Source: Lepidodermella squamata
Lineage: Eukaryota; Animalia; Gastrotricha
Direction: 5' to 3'
Assembly (NCBI GenBank): GCA_047495785.1
Contig: JBLDXI010000010.1
Location: forward strand, 1,302,001 to 1,366,000
Length of the DNA: 64,000 nucleotides
In this document: positions 47,701-60,601 of the stretch, piece by piece
Layout: the number at the start of each line of letters is the position of its first letter
Position numbering within the stretch: position 1 is the stretch's first letter
The notes under the pieces: generated by a model
What the model was told of the DNA's origin: nothing
Database searches by the model: none
The model's input: only the letters and a program-made list of their open reading frames with translations
Made by a program: the position numbers and the translations under genes

Positions 47701-50700
47701 ATTCACCCAAGAGTACCCAGTTACCGGTTGCGGAGTAGTTGGGGCCGTTGTTTCCAACACGGCGGGAGTTGTAGTCGAGCTGGATGCAACTACTTTATAT
47801 TTTCTGAAGGTCCCGCCAATATCAAAGGTGTAGATGAATTCACGGTTTAGAAGAATGTGTGAACTCATGACGTCGCTGTTGAAAATGCCAGGAATATCAA
47901 TAGTTTTCTTTGTTCGCTTGTGGATTACTCGAAAGCCCTCGTCGATTAGCGCGAAAACGCAGTCGTTTGTTATCAAAGGTCCACGCTTTGCAAGTGTCAC
48001 GTCGTAGAAATAATTATCTAATTGAGCAAGATTTTGTCTGTCTAGCCTCGATAAAGAACCTCGCTCTGATATGTAAACGCCGTCAGGAGCAAGCGCTGCA
48101 TCCAAGGCTTCTGGCTGCAGAAAAGAAGTTGAAACCAAACCTGAACGAGATTTATCGCCATTTTTGTCAACAGTAATCCACTGGGTAACGTCGGGGATCG
48201 GGTTGACTTGAAATACTATAGCAAGATCGTCTACAGCTACTTGAAACGCAGAACTAGCCACGGCGTCTTCCAAATCATTCGATTTGAATTCTCCACTGAT
48301 AGCGTCAATTGCGATATATCCTGTTGGAACTGCAGCCAAAATCGAGGACCCATCTGCTGAAAGGGTAATGCTGTACACGGGACCTGTCGTTACGATATCA
48401 TCCGTAGTGAACTTGACCTGACCACTTGGTATATGAACGCATCTCACTCTTCGCCCTATTCGAAAATACACCAAGCCCAGGACTTCATTCACAGCGCCGC
48501 CGAATCTATCGTTCATATCAGTTTCTTCGAAAGGTTCAATATCGTAAACGGGCAGTTGCCATAAAGGCTCAAGATGCAAGAGGTCGATGGCATGAAGGGT
48601 TGTTGTCTTTTCAACGGAATGATAACTCCTTGAAAACATAAGTCCATAGGCCACAGATATGAACGGCTGAGAGTAATAGTTCAATATGCTGCTCTGATCG
48701 ATTGAAAAATCATCTTCAACGAAGTCTTTCTCGGAAATCTTGTAAACGGTGAAGCCGCGTTTTGCCATGATGTAGAAAACACCATTTACGAGGAGGGGTT
48801 CCCACATCTCATTTCCGGACCAGGCAGGACCGGTATAGACAGACTCAAGTTCCACAGATTCCAAATCATCACCGTAATGTAGGTCTCTGAATCGAGTATG
48901 GCCATGATCACCTCCAGAATTAACCCAGGGCAAGTCATTAGGTTGAAGCACCGGCGTCGTCATAGGAGTAATTTGAGTGCTTGTTGAATCTTCTCGGAAC
49001 AAAGTGTATCTCATCATCCTACCTCGAACATCGAATGCGTAGATGTATTCGCGATTCAATAAAATATGGCAGCCAGAAATTGAGTTCAGGAAAGCGTCTA
49101 TTACTTCGAAAACTTTCTTTGTTTTCTTGTTGATACCAGTGAACCCATTAGGAGTAAGGAAGAAGATGTATTCATTTGTTACAATCAGTTCACCTTTCGG
49201 CTTGATATGCTCTAACCGATAGAAATTATCGTTCATCATCGTGTACCTGTCGTAAACATAAACCACCCCATCATCCGCTACGTAAACTCCATCCGGAGTA
49301 ACAGCTGGTTCATGCTGGAAGGATAATCCTACTTTAGCGAGATCAAAGCTATCGCCAACGATGTACTCATTGTCTTGCGTTAGCGAGGAATAGGCAATTT
49401 CTTCTGGAACAGGATAAATTGTTGCGATGATCGAATAGGAATCACCGGCGAGTTGATATTCATCAGGTGAATCGGCCCAACCTCGCATGTACGAGTTCCC
49501 AAGCCTGCCTGTCAGCGCATCGATTTTCACAAAGCCACCTGAAATCGCAGCGAATAAAGTTGACCCGTCATTCGAGAGAGTTATGCTGAAAAATTGCCCA
49601 TATCTGGCGACTTCTTCGGTTGTGAAATTGATACTACCGCTAGCAATATTCAAGCAGCGAACACGATTCCCGATTTTGAAGTAAACAAGATCGAGTTCTT
49701 CGTTTACAGCTCCCCCGAACCGGTCAGTCAAATCAAAGAACAGATTAGGAGACAAGTCGCTGGCAGGGATTTTCCACAAATGCTCGAGGTTTTCCAGATG
49801 AATAGCATGGAGATACATAGCTTGAGCTTCAACGTGAAAACTTTTTGCAAAGAGCAAATCATGCTTCATTGAAATGAATGGCTGCGAATAGCTGTCTCGC
49901 ATTTCTGATTCAACGATTTTCGCATCACGATACTGCAAATCGGTTTCGGAATATTTCCACAACGCGAACGATTTTTTCGCCATTATGTAGATATTGGAGT
50001 TGAAGATGAGAGGTTCCCATATCTCAATGTATTCCCAGATATTACCAACGTTAACAAAATCTGCGAGTTGGAAAGCGTTGAAATCCCGGCCATAGTTGAA
50101 GTTTCGGTACCGAGTATGACCGGAATCGCCACCATTTGTCGTCCAGGGTAGATTATTCGGTATATTTGCTGGGGTTGTTGTGGGTGAAGTATCTTCGACA
50201 AATTCATATTTCGAGACTGTACCACGTTCATCGACTGCAAATAGGTAATTCTGATTAACAACGATGTGGCACCCAGAAACATCTATCGGAAACATATATC
50301 GATCCCCGAACACCTCTTTTGTTTTCAAATTCTGACAAGCAAAACCGCTTTTGACAAGGAAGCAGATGTAATTGTTGGTAACTATCGGTCCACTTTGAGG
50401 TTCAGAGCCATTCAGTCCATAAATAGCTGATTCTTTCATGGTTTTTCTGTCGTAGACATAAATTCGACCGTCCCTCGTGACGTAAACCTCGTTTGGAGTC
50501 ACGGCTGGCTGATTTGTCCTGGATAAACCACGATCCTTATATTCATCTGCAATCAATGCGTCGGAGCCTGCGTAAGAAGCCCAGGAAATTTTGTTTGGCG
50601 ATGGCGCGAAAGCGAAGGTGGTCGAGTAATCGTCTTCAACTAGCTCGAAGTCTTGGCCAATATCTGCCCAGTCAATAGTGAATGAATAGTCAAAGTCACC

Positions 50701-52587
50701 AGTATCTGCTTCTATCTTCCCAAAACCATTTGTTATAGCTGCTAGAACATAAGATCCGGAATTAGACATAGTTACGCCATAGACGGACGAATCCAAGTCC
50801 GGGATTGAAGATGAAACAAACTTTAAATCTCCAGTCAAAACGTTCAGGCATCGAACGACATTTCCGACGGAAAAGTATACGTAGCCAAGTTCATCATTAA
50901 CAGCGTCGCCATATTGCTCATAGAACGGTTTATATTGCGGAAGAGAAGGCCCTTCAACAAGCCACACGATTTGTAATTTATTCGCATCGATAGCGTAGAA
51001 GTGATATTTGTCGGTTATTAGATCGTAGCTTTTCGTGAAAATCATTTTGTATTTCTCAGACAAAAATGGCTGAGCAAAAAATGTCTGGTATACCACTGAT
51101 CCAGGCATGATCAGCATCTGCTCCAGATTTTCCTCGTCAAGCGCCACCAGCTTCAAATCTTGCTTCGACATGACATATATTTTCCCGTCGAAGATCAGTG
51201 GCTCAAAGGCTCCGCCAAAGTCTTCAAAATTGAGATCTGTTGTCGCAACTAAGTTGACTGCATTGAATCTATCGCTAGGATGCGTTATGTTTCGAAACCT
51301 CGTATGTCCATGATTGCCACCAGAGTTCGTCCACGGGATGTTGTTGGATTTCGGACCTCTGGTGCCCAAACCGTACTTGGAAACCGTACCCCGAATACTG
51401 TCAACGAGAAGGACGTAATCTTGGTTTATTGCGAAGAATGATTCTGTAACGTTGTGATCCATCGCATCGTCTATGTAAAACACATGCTCAGAATTTCTAT
51501 TGAGCGCCGCCACTCCGCCTGGTATCAACACGAAAATGAAGTCCTGCGTCAGTATCGGAGCACTCTGAGTCTTAAGGTTGGGGAAGAAATGGAAATCCGG
51601 GCTGTCGTCTGGCTCTTCTTGATGAATTTTGAAGACAGAGTTTTCGCCTGAGAGGGCGTAAATTCCATTTGGAGTCACCGATGGTGCTAATGAGTGAACC
51701 GGCCTGTATTCAGCATTGAAGCTGACGATTTGCGACATCCAGTCTTCATCTAGCCCAGTTCCAGCGTAAAACACACTATTTTCACCAGCCCATAGAGTGA
51801 CAGTCACTTCCAAGCTATCAATTGCAGGGGCCCAGTCCTCTCCTTGAACCGCGAAGGCATTGTGAAGTTTAGTTCCATTATCAACCACTTCTCCAGTCAT
51901 TGCGTTCAGTTCGAAACAACCTCTTGGAATCGCAGCAACAAGAATCCCCTGCCTTAAAGCCAGACCCATGATTGGCGAGTTGAGAAACGGCTCCACGGCT
52001 AAATCCCCCGTAGTGAATTTAGTCTCTCCAGTATTAGCGACCAGAGCTCTGATTTTTGTGCCGACTTGGAAGTAAACCAGACTGAAGACGTCGCTCTCTG
52101 CCCCACTGAATCTGCCCTTGAATTCACCAGATAGATCATCAGCTATTACGGTCCAGGAAAACCCATCAGGTCCAAGAGCTAAAGCGTGGAACTCTATTCC
52201 AGTTGTTGGGTGATAGCTTTTCGTGAAAATGGTGTTCATACGAGCGGAAATGAAGGCCTGGCCGCACTGTCGACCGGTTTCAGCTGTGAAAGTTAACCTT
52301 TCGTCGAAGGATAGATCTTGCTCGTTTAACACCCAAACATATCCGGATTCCTTTGCTGTGATATAAATTTTGCCGTTGTATATCAAAGGCTCCCATAACT
52401 GCTCACTGTTCCAGTGGTCGAGTTGTATTTTTTCTTTGAGAATGAAAGAGTCGATGGTGCCATCGAATGAGTAGTCGCGATAGCGGGAATGGCTTGAATC
52501 TCCGCCTGTGTTCAACCAAGGCTCATCCCATGCCCTTGAAAATTGAGCAATCGAAGCAATAACAGCTAGTAAGATAGCAATCCTCAT
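44768..52587 (-). CDS. Beta-propeller-repeat type I membrane protein, family member 2 (6 repeats)
   Basis: Paralogue of member 1. Likely start MRIAILLAVIAS at 52587 (an upstream in-frame ATG exists at 52647). Intron 44889-44944; last exon GLQRRKNRNRSMFDDTAGLTMEEFMQE...FA*. Confidence 0.85.
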
Positions 52588-52981
52588 AGCACTTAGCAAA
52601 AAAATAAGTGAAAATAGTCCAGTTAACCTACATTTGCCTGCAACCATTCTCTGATAAGATAACGAATCCTCACGATGGCTATGAATAGCAGAAAATATTA
52701 TTCAAAGCGCAAATAAATGGCGCTTCGTATCAAAATGAACCAAGCTTTGAATGTCGGCCAAAATGTAAACGACCGTTTCGAGGATACGCCCTAAAGTTTG
52801 TTTTCTCGGTTGTCGTGTGTGTCGCGAGTGTCTCATCGCGGGCGACAAACGTTGCTAAGCCCCTCAAGGATAAAATATTTCGCAAATAATCTTGTTTCAC
52901 CATAGAACCAACAAATCAAAGTCTACATTGTGATTTATTTCATATTAAAAGTTCCAATAAATCAATTAGGAGCTTTTGGCA

Positions 52982-55803
52982 TTAGGCTGTGGGATCTCGT
53001 CCCATTTCTTCCATTATTAGGCCATTATTATCGTTAGAACTTGAAAGTTTGCACCAACCCCTTGGTTTAGCGAATCTGGGAAACATAAAAAAAATCATGT
53101 ATGTCAAGCCATATAGTTTTAGAATTCAAGACTTACCCGAGATAAACATTCGCAGCCAAAGATAATAAGAGAAAAACGCCAAGAATACTCCCAGTTATAA
53201 CAAGAGCTGTTTCAAGGTCGTCTTTGTTAGTTTCCTGCGTCGTAAGCCCTTCACTCAGAGTTGTAGTTCGTTCTGACGAAACTTCATCCTGCGCTGTTGT
53301 TGATAGTAATAAATCAGTTGTTGATCCATCAGTAGTCGAAGTGGGCGAATCGGTGGAGACAGCGGGTGTTGATGTTGTTTCATTCGACCTCAAATAGTAC
53401 TTGAGCAATGTTCCAGATTTGCTGTCAACCAAGTAAAACGCATGCCCATAACTAGGATCATCGACCAAAATCAAGTGGCTGTGGGTCAAATCCTGGGATA
53501 TAGCGGTGTTAAGATATATCATGTCTGAGCCCAACTTGCTGATGGCCAAAATACCGCCCGGAATCATACTTACAAGGTAATCTTTGGTTACAATCAATAT
53601 ATTAGAAATTTTATCATTATCCAGATTCACACTGGCTTTAGTGATACGTCTACCCCAATCACGGCCAAAAGCGCTAATCGATGTCTTAGTCGGGATGTAA
53701 ACAGCATCAGGAGCTATGCAAGGCAGGATCAAGTCTTGCTCTTGATCTTTGACTTGACTAGTACTCCACGAGTAATACGGCCCCAACGAATGAAATTGAG
53801 CATATCCGTTGTAAATCGATATCCATATCGCCGACTTCTGATCAGCGACCGGCGCCCAGTTGAATAACTGATCACCTGTTTGCTTGGCAGAGTCCAAAAT
53901 CGATAAGGTTCTAAGATCCAACATGAAAATTCCTGTGGGTACAGAAACGTATAGCCCAACATTTTCAACCAAGGACAAGCCGAGAATGGAGTCGGTTGGT
54001 GAGTTTAGGGTGTACAATGCCTCACTCTCAGCTACAAACTTTCCAGAGTCGATTTTGTAAGCTTGAACTGTTTGTTTTGTTTGAAAATAGACTAGACCTA
54101 GGTTGTCGCTCACTACACCACCGAAGTTAACGTAGAAAACACTGACTGTTGCATTTTCAGCCGGAACTCGCCAACTATCAGACAGATCGGCTGCTTTCAC
54201 TACATGGTACATGAGCCCAGTAGAGGCGTGGTAGCTTCTTGTGAACAACAGGCCACTTTTGGCAGAAACAAATGGCTGAGAATAAAGGCGATTCTTCTCA
54301 ACGAAGATTTGTTTCCGCTGAACTAGGTCCAGTGTCTCCGCAGAGTACTGCCAAATGTAGCCATCCGTGTAATGCATGAGATAAATGAACCCATTCCAAA
54401 CTATTGGCTCAAATAGGTAGATTTTGTCGAAGAATTCAATATTCGCGCCAGCAATTTGTATGAATTCGTTTTTATTACTTCCTAACGCTACGTCTCGATA
54501 GCAGGAGTGACCATGATCCCCTCCGAAATTCAACCACTCGGATGTTCCAGAGTTCGGCTCATATGAACCCAACTTCAGTTGGATCAACTGGGCCTCATTG
54601 CTGTCAACAACATACAAATGATTGTCATCCATGATCAAATAGGCATCAGTGACGTTCTCTGCCATCAAATTTTCACTTAGCAGATAGCTTGCGCCTGCTT
54701 CTTGGTAAAACCCGGCAACCCCACCTGGTACCAATGAAAAAATACTGTTCTTTGTCGAAATGGGCCCATTTTTCGGGGTAATTGGATGCGAGTCATAGAC
54801 GACTTTCACAGCTCCATCACTTCTGCCTAAACCATAGATTGATTTCCCCCAATTGGTGTAAAGTAAATCTTGAGATAGGGATGGAGTCACATCTCGAAGG
54901 TCTTGCGTTGGATATTCTTGTGATAACCAGCTGGGACCATTTAATTCGATATAATTGTATCTCAACTGGTTGAATCGTGTCCAGTAGGAGGAAACGTGAG
55001 CCTTACTATCAGAAACCGGTTGCCACTCAAGGCCAGGTAGGAACTCATTGTTGAAAGTGCAATCTTGAACAAAAACACCCGTTCTAGCATCTATCAGACA
55101 AAAGCCTTGTTTTATCGAGACAACTAGCTGAGTTTCTCCCATCAAAGCGATTCCTAAGGCTTGGCTACCAAAATCTCTTGTTGTGAATACGTAATTTCCA
55201 GTAGTCGAGTTCAAAGCATGGATCTGAGCCCCTGCTGGAAAGTAAACCAAGCCATTTGCATCACTTACAACGCCTGGAAGTCGCTCGTAAAATATTCCCA
55301 TCGATTCCGTCAGTTTCGCTTTAGTTAACCAGGCATAGTGAAGACTTTCAGTATCTATCGCATAGAAAATCAGGCCATCTTTCTCGTTGTAACTTCTTGT
55401 GAATATCAAGCCGTTAGCTTCGGACGCAAATGGTTGAGCGTAGAGATAATTACTTGCTGGGTTAGGAATTGAAACGTCGAGTAAGCTAAGACCTTCTTTA
55501 CGTTTAGCACGCCACATTTCAGACGTTTCTCTGGCGAAAATGAAAATGTGCCCGTTTAAAATCAACGGCTCGTGGAGAAGAATTGGCTTGCCAGCACTGA
55601 ACTCTTCTCGGGCAGTCATAATGAATGTGTTCTTCTCCAAAGGCATAGACAAGTCGAGGTATCTTGTATGCCCGTGGTTTCCGCCAGAATTCAGCCAATT
55701 GAACGCTTTGGGATCTTTATTGGCAAGCTTATATTGCAGGATTCTTCCTCGGCTGTCGAAAGCTAAGATGTTGTCACGGTTTAGCAAAATGTAGCACCCG
55801 GAC
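52982..55803 (-). pseudogene. Family member 3, 3' fragment (piece 3 of 3): two repeats, stalk, TM, last exon
   Basis: Open frame from the footprint edge (SGCYILLNRD...). Intron 53076-53136; last exon ends DPTA* at 52982. It begins with TSD A (acccggac, 55796-55803). Confidence 0.85.
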
Positions 55804-55834
55804 CATAGACAATGATGTACCATCATTGTCTATG
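55804..55834. mobile_element. P-element-type excision footprint J1 (31 bp)
   Basis: catagacaatgatgtaccatcattgtctatg = 16 nt of the element's right TIR plus 17 nt of its left TIR, overlapping by 'ta'. Confidence 0.9.
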
Positions 55835-57412
55835 GTTGACGCTTTCTACATCGAACGAATATCATACAGATGATAGTCGCGTCTACGCTCAACCTGTCAT
55901 TTCAAGCCGATATGGAATTATTTTCACGAGAAGCTTCCACACTAATGGTGAAGATATAATCATCCACGCTCTTAGTACTGTTGACTTACAGCTGATATGG
56001 AATGTTTCGGAACCAGTCAGTATGAATTCGGCCTTCAATAGCGATATCGGTGGGGTGGTTTGCGATGCTTGTGGGTTGGTTTACTTTCAGTCGACCACTT
56101 TTATCAAAGCCTATAAAATTTTAACGGGAGAGCTGTACTTGAATGTTAGCTACTTCCATGAACCTATAGTTGGGCTCTCCCTAGTTGACGATAGTAAACT
56201 TCACGTCTCCACACTCAAAATGTACCAAGTATTAGACGCTACGACCTTAGAGCTCCTCGATTACTCGACGTTCAACGATAATGATTTCGAGAACTGGGTG
56301 CCGATAGCTGACCAAAAATCAGTGATAAGGACTCGAGTGAAATCGCAGTCTCTAACTTTCACATCCAAGGGGAAGTATCTTGATTGGACAACGGCTGAGA
56401 TAGACGCATTCAGCGTACCTTATGTCCCACCTTCTTTGGCCCCAGATGGAGTATACATCGCAAAAAGATCATCAATTGATGTGTACAGTCGTGATTTTGG
56501 GAAAGTCAAAAACATACCACTTGATGGGCTGGCACTCCAACACAGTGTTATAGTGACAAGGAACTATGTCCTTAGTATGATAGGCGGGGGCATGGTTGCT
56601 GTGAATAGGGCGGATTCAACTCGGATTGAAATAGTGACCAACAGTAGGCCGCAAGGTAATGAAGACAGTCATATGGTGTTAGTTCGGGACGTAACTTACG
56701 GGCATGCCATATACTATGTCGACAGGGAATCCGGGAAACTAAGCAAGTATTACCTGGGCGTCAAAACCCCCGATGAAACAACAACTCAAGAAGTAACGAC
56801 TCCTCAGGTTATTGAAACCACAACTACTGTCGAAACAACAACAATGGAGTTGACTACTTCAAAGCCTGTAACAACTCCAAAGCAAGGGGAAACTACGACG
56901 ACAACTCCAGCATACGTGTCAACAGCCGAACCTACTACTACAACCTCGACAGCGCCTGTTACGACCCCAGAAGCCGAAGTAACTACCACTTCAACCGGTG
57001 CTGAAACTACAACAACTTCAAAATATGAACCAACAACCGAACCTTCCACTCCTGCTGGGATCGAGACGACAACAGAGGAGAAGACTACCAGTGCTCCTAC
57101 CACAGAAGGTCCAACTGAGAAGCCAACAACTGAGAGGAATGACTCAGAAGAGCCAGACATCACTCTAGCGGCTATTGCTGGAGTTCTTGGGGGTGTTTTG
57201 CTGTTCTCAGTGCTTGGAAACGTGTTAATGGGGTAAGATCAAATTGAATTTCAGCAAATACATCCTCTGTAACACATCTTTTTGCCAGGCTAAAACTGTA
57301 CCGCAAACCTCGAGAACGCTCAATGTTCGATGACAATGTCGGTCTAACAATGGAAGACTTCTTACAAGAAACGGGGCCGCCTGTTACTGGTAACATTGAT
57401 GATACACCTTGA
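55835..57412 (+). pseudogene. Family member 4, inverted 3' fragment (rest of last repeat, stalk, TM, last exon)
   Basis: Open frame LTLSTSNEYHTDD...TM. Intron 57233-57288; last exon GLKLYRKPRERSMFDDNVGLTMEDFLQE...TP*. It begins with TSD C (gttgacgc, 55835-55842). Confidence 0.85.
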
Positions 57413-57571
57413 AACTAAATTCCGTTGAGATCCAAATAAAACAAGTTGAATATCATTTTTGTATCTTATATCTTTTATTGAGATTCTAACAGCAGAAAGA
57501 GAATCCATAAGCAACAAGGATTAAAGTAAAAATATTTCGCATCGAGAGCCGGAAAACGCCGGAAATGTCTA

Positions 57572-58256
57572 TCATCCTCCTTTGAGTGAAGCTCGCTTCT
57601 CGTCACTAACAGCCGGCGTCCCATCAACGGACTGCATGTTATTCACGATAAGAATCTCCTTCTCGCCAACAATTTGCACGAAGAACGTGCCCTGGTGCCG
57701 TTGCTTCATCTCACGCCTTACATCAAGCGCAATTTTCATCGCCACCCCGATGGTTAATAGACTGACAAAAATTTCGAGCGAGCAGTCGCCGAGTGCTATC
57801 AGTACAAACGTATCTTTCTTCTGAAAATAGTTTGATCGTTACAAAAATTTGGGAAAAATGCGACGAAAAATGACCTCTTTTGCGTAGAAATGACCATCTA
57901 TCGTTTGATTAACTAACCCGAGTCGTAAAAGCTGAATGCTGATTGTACTAACGATTATTCCTGTGATGCTGAGAGATAGCAAAACCAATATGAGGTAGAG
58001 AGTTCGCCTCCTTATTGCGTAAAATCCGGTTAATGCTGTGAAAATTGACTGACAAAACAAGAAAACCTTTAGAGGTTTTGTCTTGACAATTATTAAATCT
58101 TACCATCGCCCCAGTTAAAATGGGCCCAAGACTGTAGGCCATCCATACTTCAGCTCTGATAGCTGATATGATGCCTGTCCCTATGGCTACGACGCCAATT
58201 ACAAGCTGAAGTATCGAAAGAATTATCACAAAAATATTAGAAGCCGAATGAGACAT
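57572..58256 (-). CDS. Four-TM protein, TMEM196-like (MS4A/CD20-like), 3 exons
   Basis: Exons 58256-58104, ~58048-57875 and 57820-57572 splice into one frame: ILQLVIGVVAIGTG...AEVWMAYSLGPILTG...SIQLLRLGLVNQTIDGHFYAKEKKDTFVLIAL. Confidence 0.7.
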
Positions 58257-59393
58257 TTTTTCCCTATGAATAACGGTTATTTGTCGTTTTTAGGCCGTTT
58301 TCAAAATGATGGTATGCTTTAGTGCACAATGATTTTCGTTGGCATGCGGCCATGCGCCTTTGTTATTCGATCGACTAAATATTCTTATGAGAACGATGGC
58401 CAGCGTTTTCATATTGAATTAAATACCCACGGGAGATCAAATTACGAAAAAGACATCTTAGTACAAGAAAAAACATTGCCACGATGCGCAAACAATTTAC
58501 TTATGCGCTATGTTTCTCGTACAGCGAGTCGATATAAGAGAATATAAGAGAATTCTGTATCGATTTCACGAGTGGCTGCTTGTCAATTTAGTCACCCATT
58601 CACGCTGGCGATATGCAAGCATTTTAGCAGCGCAAATATATCCCCATATTCCCGTATTATAATGGTGTCAAAACGCCATCGGCATTCAGTGAATGAACAA
58701 TAGTGGGAATCAATAATCACGAGAAATATCTAGAAAAAGCTTAACTCTACAATTATGGGAGGGCTGTCGAAAAACACATAATGGAAACATTTTTATGGCT
58801 TCGCAGAAAGATTTCGTCCTTGTTGTTCAAGATCTGAGACAACAATTTCTTCTATTTTTCTATTACAGTAAAATGCAGGAAAGTTGCTTTTTAATTGTTC
58901 TCTCCTGTTATTGTCCCAGTTTTCTCCGCTATATTTGTGCGATTGTTGTTACGCACTGCACACAAAATCGCTCAAGTAAGATTATTCCGGCTACCACAAG
59001 TCTGTGGCTAATTATTAGATTCGACTGTTGCCTGAGGGCGCCATGCTTGGTATCAGACAACAAGTCTGAATGCCGGGAACATTGTGCGCTCATCCATCAA
59101 TCCAGATGAAAAAGAAGGAAAACCAGATGTAGCCTCGTGTTAAAACTCCTCGAATTGATGAAATGGCAGGTGAAAAACTTTAACCTAAATTTCTTGGACA
59201 CTGTATAAGCAAATATTGCGACATGACCTGATAAAAATGGCAAAGCCGCTTCAGTATCGTGTATAATGCGATTCTAGTAGAAAGTAAGGGTTTTTATCTT
59301 ATCTATTAATTGATAACTTGACCGAATTACGGTTCCCAAATTGGATCAAGCCATTCCTATGGTTTCCGGATCGGAGTAGACTATTTTTGAGAT

Positions 59394-59648
59394 ATGAATT
59401 CCAGTCTAACCATCTTCATCGGATTATTGTTTCTGCAGCTACCTGGTGGATATTTGTACGAAGGCAGTGCATCAGTCTATAATATTGCTTGGTCGAATAA
59501 TGGAGGAGATTCTGGCCACTCTCGTTTCAGGAATTTCACATACGGGGCAAATTTCGATGCATTTTCCCTACTACGAGAAAGCAATGGTGAACAACCATGG
59601 CAAAGCAACTTCATATGGGAGCCTCTGATTTTCGAAAATGCTATCTAC
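59394..59648 (+). pseudogene. Family member 3, inverted 5' fragment (piece 1 of 3): signal peptide and start of repeat 1
   Basis: MNSSLTIFIGLLFLQLPGG...WSNNGGDSGHSRFR...WEPLIFENAIY, then runs into a TGA in footprint J2. It ends with TSD B (ctatctac, 59641-59648). Confidence 0.85.
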
Positions 59649-59680
59649 CATAGACAATGATGTAACCATCATTGTCTATG
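59649..59680. mobile_element. P-element-type excision footprint J2 (32 bp)
   Basis: catagacaatgatgtaaccatcattgtctatg = 17 nt of the right TIR plus 16 nt of the left TIR, overlapping by 'a'. Confidence 0.9.
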
Positions 59681-60601
59681 ACCCGGACGTATCGTTCAAA
59701 AAAGCGTCGGTGACCTGGAAAGTAAGTCTCGACTGCTTGCCTAGTCCAGTAAATCCTCCAGATGAGAGGAAGAAGATGTAGTCGTTAGCCACGATTGGTC
59801 CACTCTGTGGAAGTATCTCTCCAGAGGCGTAGACGTCAATAATTCTCATAGAGTTTCTGTCATACACAACAATTGATCCGTTTGATGCCACATACAGGCT
59901 GTCATTAGACAAAGCAGGCTCTATTGCGCTGATCGTTATGTTTTGATCAAAATTAATCGATTCGCCGATTTTCTTATCGAAACCTCGCGGATTGAAAGAA
60001 TAGAAGGATAGATGTGCAGAACTAGGCCAAGTTGTGCCGATACTTGAAATCTCATCCAAGGCTATTTGATAAGGCAAACCTCCATCGGCAGTTCCTTGCA
60101 TATAAGTACTTCTTATATCCCCAGTCTTAGCATCAATCTCGACATGACCCCGTGGTATTGCTGCTAATAAAGTGGATTGATCGCTGGAGATCGTTAAGCT
60201 GAAAGCTGATGGGTCTTTCATTTCACGCGTTGTGAAATTCAGTTTTCCAGTCTCAACATCTATAGCTAGAACTCTTGAGCTGTCGAGGAAATAGACTAGG
60301 CCAAGTTCATCGCTAACTGCAGCGCCAAATCGTCGAGTAACATCGAAGTTATCGTCTCGAAAGGAGTTATCTGTTTCAAACTTCCAAGTTTCAGCCAAGC
60401 CAAAAGAATCGACCGCATGAAGAACTGACGTGCCATCTTTCAATTGATAGTTTTCGAAGAAAATCACGCCGAATCTGAGTGACAAAAACGGCTGGGAGCA
60501 ATATGAGTATATTGTGCTAAACGATTTTGTGAGCTGTAAATTCAATGTTTCTTCATCATACTTCCACAGCGTACAGCCTTGTTTTGCCATAATGTAGATA
60601 G
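59681..60601 (-). pseudogene. Family member 3, middle fragment (piece 2 of 3)
   Basis: Open frame IYIMAKQG...DAFLNDTSG, bounded by TSD B' (gtagatag, 60594-60601) and TSD A (acccggac, 59681-59688). Confidence 0.85.

Noticed and set aside
29745-57163. Val-rich hydrophobic ORFs (29745-29942, 45140-45502, 56804-57163)
   Set aside because: These are antisense shadows of the Thr-rich mucin stalks.
55804-59680. J1 and J2 as loxP-like or shufflon recombination sites for a tyrosine recombinase
   Set aside because: The arms are the termini of the adjacent transposon, the spacers are only 3-4 bp and differ from each other, 8-bp TSDs flank them, and no recombinase gene is visible.
55804-59680. Footprints removed as introns to restore the genes
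   Set aside because: The fragments are in opposite orientations and the wrong order, so cis-splicing cannot join them; the footprints also lack terminal GT-AG.
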